NCBI GenBank assembly: GCA_002269645.1
Contig: NIVC01002845.1
Location: 1,278-65,277 of the forward strand
Origin: Macrostomum lignano
Lineage: Eukaryota
Reading direction: 5' to 3'
DNA length: 64,000 nt
A program made the position numbers and the translations under genes. A model generated the notes under the pieces. That model ran no database searches, was not told the DNA's origin, and worked only from the letters and a program-made list of their open reading frames with translations. Shown here in pieces: positions 54,883 through 64,000 of the stretch; the stretch's first letter is position 1, and the number at the start of each line of letters is the position of its first letter.

Positions 54883-57800
54883 ATGTTCTGGCTAGCCGGT
54901 AAGCAAATGCTGCTGATGTGCCTAACTTGTCTGTCTTTACCTGCTGACTGCCTGCTGAGTGCCTGCTGACTGCCTGCTGACTGCCTGTTGACTGCCTGTT
55001 GACTGCCTGCTGACTGCCTGTTGAGGGTCTGCTGAGTGCCTGTTGGATGCCTGCATGCAAGGACTTCTTGCAGATGTTCTTGCCTGCATGTTGACTACCT
55101 GGGAGGGCCTGCTGAGTGCCTGCTGAGTGCCTGCTGACCTGCTGACTACCTGCTGACTGCCTGCTGAGTGCCTGCTGACTACCTTCTGAGTGCCTGCTGA
55201 CTACCTGCTGAGTGCCTGCTGACTACCTTCTGAGTGCCTGCTGACTACCTTCTGAGTGCCTGCTGACTACCTTCTGAGTGCCTGCTGACTACCTTCTGAG
55301 TGCCTGCTGACTACCTTCTGAGTGCCTGCTGACTACCTGCTGAGTGCCTGCTGAGTGCCTGCTGAGTGCCTGTTGACTGCCTGCTGACTGCCTGCTGACT
55401 GCCTGCTGAGTGCCTGCTGACTGCCTGCTGAGTGCCTGCTGAGTGCCTGCTGACTGCCTGCTGAGTGCCTGCTGACTACCTGCTGAGTGCCTGCTGAGTG
55501 CCTGCTGAGTGCCTGCTGACTGCCTGCTGAGTGCCTGCTGACTACCTGCTGAGTGCCTGCTGAGTGCCTGCTGACTGCCTGCTGAGTGCCTGCTGAGTGC
55601 CTGCTGAGTGCCTGCTGAGTGCCTGCTGACTGCCTTGGCAACGAGCTCATCAATTCACTCTGCGCTACCGCCGCCAGTGCCGCTTTTTCTTCTCCTGGCC
55701 GAGTCCGCAAGCCAGCTGCTGGCAGCGGAAGCCCCAGAGCGGCTGTTCAAACTCTCCAAGCCAGTCCAGCTGGACAACTCAAGCAGCAACGAGCTGCTCA
55801 GCTTCTCAGAGCTCAACATGTCGCGCATTTACTGCGCCCATCGCTGCAGCCAGCTGTCCGGGTGCGTCGCCGCCGTCCTCAGCGGCAACCGCAGCCTCTG
55901 CCGGGTGCTGCGGCTGCTGCAGTCGCCTGGACCGGCCGGCAGTCACGTGACCAGGCAACTGGGAGCCGAGCCTGGCGATGAGCTGTGGCTGGCAGAAGAT
56001 TTTGGAGAAAGGATTGAGCAGCTGCGAATGGCTGTCGAGCCAAGTGAGATTTTGTAAATTTTATAGACGCTCAGGTTTAAATCTCAGGTTTTATTGCGTT
56101 ACATGATAAAAAATGTAACCATTGAGAACGATTTCTGAACCTACTTCTCTGGAGTTCTGAGAGCAACGGCCAATATGCTTAATCTGAGGTTGGGGAGGAT
56201 GTGGAGAGCAGCTTGAGGGTGTGTGAGGGGGCAGAGCAGCAGCTCGATGGTCACAGCCATGAGGGCCAACCCACAAGGCACAGGGAGTGCACATGCCTTA
56301 AGATTAGAAAGTCAGGACCGCTGTACACCCTGCGTGAGTGTGTGTGTGAGCTGTGGCGCTCAGGACTTTGACTTCGTGTTGCAAATGATATGCGCTCTGT
56401 CTGTACACATTATACTACGGAACTGACGCGAGTTAATTTTCATCGTCATCATTTTCAGCTGCCTCGAGCTCGCTTTTTACGGCGGTGAACGGCTCTGAAA
56501 TCAAGTTCAATGGTGGGTAAAACGGCTCTGAAATCAAGTGCAATGATGGGTAAAACAGCTCTGAAATCAAGTGCAATGGTGGGTAAAACGGCTCTGAAAT
56601 CAAGTGCAATGGTGGGTAAAACAGCTCTGAAATCAAGTGCAATGGTGGGTAAAACGGCTCTGAAATCAAGTGCAATGGTGGGTAAAACGGCTCTGAAATC
56701 AAGTTCAATGGTGGGTAAAACAGCTCTGAAATCAAATGCAATGGTGGGTAAAACAGCTCTGAAATCAAGTGCAATGGTGGGTAAAACGGCTCTGAAATCA
56801 AGTGCAATGGTGGGTTGATGGTGATAATTTTCACTTGCAGTGAGCGGCACCGGACGGAACGGCTCTGTCCAGCAGGCCGTGGTGACCGTCGCCGGCTGCT
56901 ACCGGATCGAAGCGTTGGGCGCCAAGGGCGGCTCTTCAGGGGGCAAAGCAGCCAACAAAGGCGCCTGGATGGCCGGCAACTTCAGCCTCGCCGCGGGCAC
57001 GCACCTGTCCATTGTGGTCGGGCAGAGCGGCCAACCCGGAGTTTCCAATGGCGGTGGGGCCGGGGGCGGCGGCTCCTTCGTTTATGGCACCGGCGACGGG
57101 TTTCTGTACCTGGCTGCTGGGGGCAGCGGCGGCTCGTCTTGTCCTTTCCTTTGTAAGCTGCAGCACACATGCAGACTGCAGCACACATGCAGACTGCAGC
57201 ACACATGCAGACTGCAGCACACATGCAGACTGCAGCACACATGCAGACTGCAGCACACATGCAGACTGCAGCACACATGCAGACTGCAGCAAACATGTAG
57301 ACTGCAGCACACATGCAGACTGCAGCACACATGCAGACTGCAGCACACATGCAGACTGCAGCACACATGCAGACTACAGCTCACATGCAGACTACAGCAC
57401 ACATGCAGACTGCAGCACACATGCAGACTGCAGCACACATGCAGACTGCAGCACACATGCAGACTGCAGCACACATGCAGACTGCAGCACACATGCAGAC
57501 TGCAGCACACATGCAGACTGCAGCACACATGCAGACTGCAGCACACATGCAGACTGCAGCACACATGCAGACTGCAGCACACATGCAGACTGCAGCACGC
57601 ACGCAGACCACAACACCCAGCGTACAAATGCGATAGCTTTCTCATTGTCAGACAAGTACACACGGTACTTTGAGAGCCATCCCTCTGGAGTTGAGCCTGA
57701 GTCCTTCTGGCTCGATTTTTACACTCTGCCAAGACTCAGGCAACCATGATTGTCCCCTTCGCCCCTGCAGCCTATTCGGGACAAGCTGGAGAGAACGGCA

Positions 57801-58240
57801 CCGGCACGCACCCCGACAAGAACCCTCCGGGAGGCGTTCTCGGCCAGCCCGGGCCTTCGAACTCTGCTACCAGTGGCTACTACGGCGGCCCAGGTGCCGG
57901 CTGGCTGAGCGGCGCCAACTCGACTCGACGTGAGGACAGGTGCGGCGAGGGCGGCGGCGGCCGCGCCGAAGGATGGGTCGGCGGCCGCGGCTACGCCGGC
58001 ACCGACGGCGGCTTTGGTGGTGGCGGCGGCGGTGCCTTTGGCTTCAAAAGCAGCTGCGGTGCCGGCGGCGGAGGCGGTGGCTACAGCGGCGGAGCGGGGG
58101 CTGCGACCTACGAAAACACTGGCGGCGGCGGCGGCTCGTTCTGCGCCGGCAGTGGCTGCGTTGGCATCTCGAACGACGGGCGCAACGGCGAGGAGGGACT
58201 CGTGGCGATCCGGCAGCTGAGCACCGGGAGCTGCGCCTGA
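54883..58240 (+). CDS. Secreted PAN/Apple-like + ALK/LTK-type glycine-rich domain protein (~387 aa). Exons 54883-54898, 55678-56043, 56841-57152, 57771-58240
   Basis: Spliced signal peptide MFWLA-V-PLFLLLAESASQLLA; PAN-like SRIYCAHRCSQLSGCVAAVLSGNRSLCRVL; glycine-rich domain motifs [58 protein letters not shown]. All introns phase 1; no TM or kinase; AATAAA at 58391. Confidence 0.85.
54940..55632. repeat. Intronic 11 bp minisatellite CTGCTGAGTGC/CTGCTGACTGC
   Basis: Fills intron 54899-55677. Confidence 0.95.
56488..56815. repeat. Intronic 33 bp minisatellite GGCTCTGAAATCAAGTGCAATGGTGGGTAAAAC
   Basis: About 10 copies ending ~25 nt before the acceptor at 56840. Confidence 0.96.
57158..57600. 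repeat. Intronic 18 bp minisatellite CTGCAGCACACATGCAGA
   Basis: About 24 copies starting 5 nt after the donor GTAAG at 57153. Confidence 0.97.
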
Positions 58241-58931
58241 AGCCGCGGCTGCATGCCAGACTGCTGGCCAGACACGCGAAGATTAATGAGCATAAACCCA
58301 ACAAAGGTTATGTTAGTTAGCTTGTTTCTATCGTGCCCATTTTCATTTTTTAGGCGTTTTTTAAAGAGAAGACAACTCATAGAAAGAAAAAATAAACACC
58401 ATGTCAGCCATAATGTGAAAAATTTCTGAGATGTCAAGTCTCATGGGGGATTACTGAAATCCTGCGGCTGTTGGGGGGGGGAGATGCTGAGATGCCAAGA
58501 GTCAAGTGGAAGTTATTGGTTAGGGTTATGGTTAAGCCATGGCCTATAGAGCGGCTTTTGAAGCCAAAAGCTCACAGGGGATGCTGATGTCTTAGGCTAG
58601 ACAGCTGGCTTTCGGTGATTGATGCTTTTTTGCTTTAAACATCATTTTCCATGCATATCTCTCCATGACTCTTAGCATAGTAACAAATCTAGTGTACTAC
58701 ATGTACTAGAAGTAACTTTGAAGTAGTTATCTTCTTCAGAGAAATACACATTTCAAATTAGTTTATGTATATTTGTTATTTTAATATCTGAACAGCTAAG
58801 ATGAACGTTGTCCATATTTTATTTGAAAAATAATTTCAGTGAGAAAACCAAGATAATAAATAATTATATAAGATAATATTTATTACTTATTTTAAGATAA
58901 TAACAAACTTGTATGACAGAACCCGTCACTT

Positions 58932-59652
58932 CTAGCTGGAATACTTGGCGCAGTACAAGCCGTGCTTGCCAAACTTGTAGTGCAGGCACCTCCTGAAATC
59001 GGCACACGGCAGTTGAAATTTATATTTATATTTTGATTGCTGTGTTATAAACAAGGAGAAGGGATAATTTTGGCCCTACCTGTGCGGCCCAGAGACGAAG
59101 TGACCCTTGCGACCGGCGGCTCCAAAGCCGCGCTTGTCAATCAGGTCATCCAGCCAGTCGGGCGTGTCCTCGTCTGCAAAACCGCGGTTGAGACTTTCAA
59201 GTACATTCAATTTCGAATGCAGTTGTAGAGGAAAAAATTACTCTTGGGGCAGGGGGTCGGCAAACTGGGAGAGAAAAGAGATAGGAGAAAGGAGAGATGA
59301 GGGAAGGTGAAGAGACGAGACGAGACGAGAGGAGGAATGAAATCGATGAAGGGAGAGGAGAGCTGAGAAGAGACGCAAACTTTGAGCGGGCCGGATTGCT
59401 TTTGTGAAGGTTCATAAGGACCCCGAGGGCCGGATAGAGAGGCTTTGCGGGTCGCATGCGGCATTGAAGACCTGGAATTCGTTTCCAGGTGGAATCGTAA
59501 AAGAGGTCCTTAGCTTCAGCTTCCATTTGTTAGAGCTATCATTATGTCTCAGACTCACCGTCGGAGCTCTCGGCATCGTCGTAAGCCGGAGCAGCGAGTG
59601 TGGCTGCTACCAGCGCCAGAAGCAGCAGACCGTAGAGTGGCAGTTTGCTCAT
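58932..59652 (-). CDS. Secreted prepropeptide B (82 aa). Exons 59652-59559, 59173-59080, 58992-58932: signal peptide, acidic spacer, KR, 36-aa cationic Cys-loop peptide
   Basis: MSKLPLYGLLLLALVAATLA|APAYDDAESSD-D-EDTPDWLDDLIDKR GFGAAGRKGHFVSGPH-R-RCLHYKFGKHGLYCAKYSS*. Donors GTGAGT and GTAGGG, acceptors TTTTGCAG and ATTTCAG, phases 1 and 2, AATAAA ~47 nt after the stop (58885-58880). Absent from the ORF track because the exons are short. Confidence 0.85.
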
Positions 59653-60500
59653 TTTGTGCGGAGTGCGTTGAAATTGTTAATCTGCCTTCAGCTTATAGAG
59701 CAGGTCTGAGAAGGGCCTCGCCTCATTTCTCAGCTAGAAACTGGAAGGCTTTTATATTTTATATATTTGAGTAGGGCAGAAATTAGCCTTGCCTCAGACA
59801 CGTGAATAGAGAAGAGAGCTGCTACGGCACGTGCTTCTGAAGGAGAGGCTGCTTGTTGTCAAGCCAAGTTCTCTTCTGTGTATTCAAGCTATTCGGCGTA
59901 TTGTCAGCCTCTCTCCCTCATCACCCATAGAGCCTTCATGCATAGACAATGGCTGGCCTGTCATAAGCAATTCTGCAGGCGACCAATGTGCTCAACCGAG
60001 TTTAGAATAATTATTAAACTCACGCAGGGCCCGAACTCCATAGTCTCTGGTTGTTATTTTTTCATCTCGCTTCGATTGCGGCCCCCATCATTGTAGGGGG
60101 CTGCATCTCACCTGCAGAGTTTGCATTGAGGTGGCTGCTGCTTGAGCAGTGATCTTGTACAGAGCTATAACGATTGCTCCTTTTTTTAGCAGCAGAGTTT
60201 CGCATGAAGAAAACTGTTATGGCTCGCGATTCGTAAGTTATCGAATAGAATCAAGTAAAAGGGGCCTCCCGTCATTTTGTTGCTGAGTCATTCCCTGATT
60301 TATATGTACATTTAAATTAAAAAACGTTCTATCATATTTGTACATGTGCTTCCAATTTGAAGCTTTATGGGCAGACAAACTAAAACGCAAAAATTGATTT
60401 AAAAAGCAAATCATTCTCTGATTTATTTTTTTAAAGTTTGGCTAAAATTGAATTTGAATTTTGGCTAAAATTTCGACTTTCATAGACATCCCTCGATTGT

Positions 60501-60576
60501 TGCAAGCCGGATGCCCTCCCATGCACTTTGTCTCCTAATCCTGTGGCATAGAGCTAGGAGACCACGGTGCATCACA
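60501..60576. repeat. Left copy of a ~80-bp direct repeat bracketing the YR-like gene
   Basis: TGCAAGCCGGATGCCCTCCCATGCACTTTGTCTCCTAATCCT…GAGCTAGGAGACCACGGTGCATCACA matches 63917-63998. Confidence 0.9.
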
Positions 60577-62081
60577 GGTCCACCTTCTGCCCTACTTAAA
60601 TAAGGCGCGGCACAAACTCCTGACCTACATGTAACTGCAGGACATGCGTCCTACATGCAGTACTTAAACAGTGATGGGCACCGCTAAATTTATTTTTAGC
60701 GCCGCTAATTAGCGCTGTCGTTAACTGATAGAAGAAAAAAATTAGCGATCGCTGATAGCGGGCGCTATTTCTATTTTGAATTTAGCGCAATTAGCGCCGC
60801 TAATTTTGAAATGCGCTAATTAATAAATATATTTAATATAAACGGAGCTGTTTGCCTTGAAAAACGTCAAGGGCCATTGCTACTGGGGCCATGGCCTTCT
60901 TATACTCAAGAAGGAAGGCGAGATCATCAGAAACGGTGGTACGGCATTTCTAAACCCCCCATCACCCTGTTGATAGCCTGTCGCTTCGCATCATCGCTTA
61001 GAATATCAACTGAGTTGTTGAACGTTGAATTCTTTGATTAAATGGTTAAATGAAATGAAATTAATCAATAACTTTTTTGCCAACGAATTAAAAGTAGTTT
61101 ATAAACTTGATAAAGCCACGTTAAAGCGAGCGTTAAAGTGTCAACCCCAGCCTGTATATGGACATTCAATGTTATCCTGCCGAGTGCATTAATGTGGGCC
61201 ATAGAGAGTGCGTGAATGCGGTTGCGGCCATAGACAAAAAAGAGACTGAATACGAGCTATATTATGACTGACAGGTGGTGTATACGACAATAACAAACGA
61301 AGCAATTATATAGAAAAAGAGTAGCACAATTGCGGCAGTGTGCGTAGCATAATTCCCTATAAAGAGTATATAGATAAAGCTATGTACCTGTAGTACTTAT
61401 AAAAATGGCTGGCTGGCTGGCTGGAAGGCTAGATTGGCTATATTTTAAGGACATTGTGTTTAGCACAATTCCCAAATATTGCGCGACATACCAGCTAGAT
61501 AGATAGCAAGCAGCAAGTAAAAATTATCAATCTGCAATTGTACAGCTATTTCACTAGTTATAAATGCCATGCAACATTGAGCGCTAGAAATATTTTAATG
61601 CGCTTTGAACCCTTCAACCTGCAGCCATGTCCAACCAACCAGCCGACGAACTATAGCAGCTACTGCAAATATTAAAACCAACACTATACTACTAGTCTAA
61701 TAAACGCTAGCAAAAATGTTATAACAATGGGTGTAAGCAATAAAAAGGGATAGAACGCACAACAACGCGCGCAATATGAGGCGCAGATGCATTGTAATTA
61801 TGAGATGAAAATATTGAAAAATATTGGGGCCTACATACACATAAAGGAGAGATGAGACAGTTACATCTGACAAGAGCGACGTAAATCTTGTCTTAATTTT
61901 CTTTTGTGTCGTGTCTCCTATTTTTTCTTTTCGTCTATGATCTGGTCCCACATATTGTGACTTAAAAATTAGCCCCCATTTTGTGCCAGTTCTGGTCTGT
62001 ATACATAGAGCGTTTCAATGGGTTCAATTTTATAATAATATTTTCTATAGTTTATGTTCAAAGTTATCAATCAATTAAGTT

Positions 62082-63758
62082 CTACGACCGCTGATGTCGA
62101 GCAACAACAAACCTCGACGATCTAGATGATGGCGATGGGGACATCTGCTCGATGCAGCTGGATGCCACGATTGCTGCCTGCCGACACCGCCGCGTCTGAT
62201 CCGCATAGGTTGTCGGCTGCGAAAGCGAAAGAAACGTCGACGCTGCACCGCTTTCATCTGGCCTGTCAACAACAGTAGTAGCGAGCTGCTGATCATCGGC
62301 GGCGGCGGCGGCTTCATCCTCCGCCGAGCTAGACTTTTGTGGCAGCGGCCTTCGACGTCTACTACCGGGTGGTGGCTGCTGACGACGCTCAGATTGCTTT
62401 TGTTGTTGTTGTTGTTGTTGTTGTCTAGATACAGAACTGGCTTCAGCAGCAGCATCACCGGCGGCGGCGGCGGCACGTCCAGCCACCAAAGCAGCAATCG
62501 TCGCCTGCATATTGATCTTATTGGACAACATAGAGTCCGTGGCATAATGCCTAAACAGCATGGCCTCCGACGTCTCCATCAGGCTGGCTAGTGATCTTGT
62601 CAGCTCAGGATGACTGGCAGTCAAGATGGTCGTTTTGGAGCTGCGGAACACTGTCGGCCCTACGCCTCTGCGATTTAACAGGCGGGCAGCGTGCGATTCC
62701 ACCGCGTGGCTGTATGTGCTGACTGACATCTTGTTGCCAGTGCGCGTACAAAATACAAACGGAGATGCTGCGGCGGCAGCGGCGAATGCAGACGAAGAAG
62801 CAGCGGCTGTCAACGAATCGCGCCATGACCGCAGCAACTTAACGAATGCAGTCGACACGCAGAGGACGCTACATCCGATGGTCTTACGCTTCTTGTGACT
62901 AACCCGTCTACCCGGCAGGCTGATGGTCGAATAGTTGTTCTCCGGATTGTCCATCCGGTAGACACTGTCGGGTTGGATGTAATCCCAGCGCAGTCCAATC
63001 CATGGTCGAATGCGTTGCGGATGCTGCATAGTCGCATGCATGACCAATCCGTTGCGCTGGCTGCTGTTGCTGCTTTGCGCGAGCAGATAACGTATAGTCA
63101 GCTAGGATAATGCGCCATTCGCCATCAGTCAGCCGCTTCTTGCGCTTTTTGGCGCGATGCTCTGGTGCGTCGAGCTTGTAGCGAAAGTCGTGCGCCTGCC
63201 GCAGTGTGCGCATTCGTTTCAAAAACATGGCACACCGCTCGCTCAGCACGACAGTCAGCTCGACCGGCAGCTGCATCCAACCGCCGATTTAGTGGCGATG
63301 TTTGCCGGGATCATACTCGATGAACATTTCGATAAACTTCATGCACTTTAGCTCGTATCAGTGCCTCGGCACGGTTGCGCACAGTCCCGCTGCTCGTACT
63401 GGTGCGCGACAGCTCGGCGGCAGCCTCCGACGGCTTGGCCAGACAATACTCAAAGTCGCGCCGATGGTGAAGCTGACGCGCTCGAGAGATGTTGCCCTGC
63501 AGGTCGTCAGCGTCGACATCGACAGCGGCCGCCGCCACAGTTTCAGCAGATGCCACCGACGCAATTTTGTCAAACAGGGACACTAACAGGCGCAGCAGGG
63601 CGTCCAGCGCATCGCAGTAGCCGTCAATATTGAGATCCCGGATGCCGCGGTGGATGGGTGCCAGTAAAGATATTCTATTACCTTTAACTGGCACAATAGA
63701 CGCCTGCTGTCGCCGCAGTAAGCCGACAGCACGAGGGATGCCCGTTTGACTCGGGGAA

Positions 63759-63792
<34 letters not shown>

Positions 63793-63921
63793 GATAGCGG
63801 ATAATGCAGGCGTAGCCGCCGCCAAAGCCGAAGAGGGCGCAGGTGGGGCCGCTGACTGAGGCGCAGGTGGAGCTGCTGACTGAGGCGCAGGTGGAGCCGC
63901 TGACTGAGGCAGGTGGTGCAA
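62082..63921 (-). pseudogene. Disrupted tyrosine-recombinase-like (Crypton/phage-integrase-type) reading frame
   Basis: C-terminal segment has YR-like motifs in order: HPQR (Arg), SHKKRKT (Lys), PFVFCTRTG, PTVFR (HxxR position), LASLMETSEAMLFRHY (Tyr). Upstream coding is split by apparent frameshifts near 63355 and 63100 and an in-frame TAA at 63291-63289. Confidence 0.65.
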
Positions 63922-63998
63922 GCCGGACGCCCTCCCATGCGCTTTGTTTCCTAATCCTATAGGAGCATAGGAGCTAGGAGACCACGGTGTGCATCACA
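63917..63998. repeat. Right copy of the direct repeat; may extend past the window end
   Basis: TGCAAGCCGGACGCCCTCCCATGCGCTTTGTTTCCTAATCCT…GAGCTAGGAGACCACGGTGTGCATCACA. Confidence 0.9.
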
Positions 63999-64000
63999 TA

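Noticed and set aside
60108-60180. Minus-strand exon with a CTGCAG|GTGAG donor upstream of peptide gene B
   Set aside because: May be a 5' UTR exon, but no in-frame junction to the B start could be shown.
60668-60830. CAGTGATGGG…(CGCTAA/TTAGCG)-rich segment resembling a MITE end
   Set aside because: No partner inverted terminus or target duplication found in the window.

Overview
Eukaryotic (metazoan invertebrate) genomic DNA. GC-rich, poly-Gln/Ala exons with introns full of short tandem arrays resemble the flatworm Macrostomum; this is inference only. Genes reconstructed by hand from splice sites and phases: (1) a basonuclin/disconnected-family zinc-finger gene (+, 4.6-13.0 kb; first exon not found); (2) an intronless ~1206-aa fusion of a stonustoxin/verrucotoxin-like domain, FN3, an AIG1/septin-like GTPase and a Cys-rich tail (-, 20.1-23.8 kb); (3) an unidentified poly-Q protein (-, 28.9-35.3 kb); (4) DDX41/abstrakt (+, 46.4-51.3 kb); (5) a compact cassette of three secreted-protein genes at 52.8-59.7 kb. 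The cassette holds two three-exon prepropeptide genes that the ORF track does not show as such, flanking a secreted PAN/Apple + ALK/LTK-type glycine-rich protein. The two peptides share intron phases and an 18-aa + R-R-C-x2-Y-[KR]-F-x4-L-x-C-x2-Y cationic disulfide module. This putative new host-defence/signalling peptide family is the top finding. Mobile DNA: Tc1 deletion derivatives, a 5'-truncated LINE with an open ~700-codon RT frame, a decayed MULE with TIRs, and a disrupted tyrosine-recombinase element between direct repeats. About 20 micro/minisatellite arrays are present, most abutting splice sites. No CRISPR array, rRNA or tRNA was recognised. No database searches were run; family calls rest on recalled motifs.
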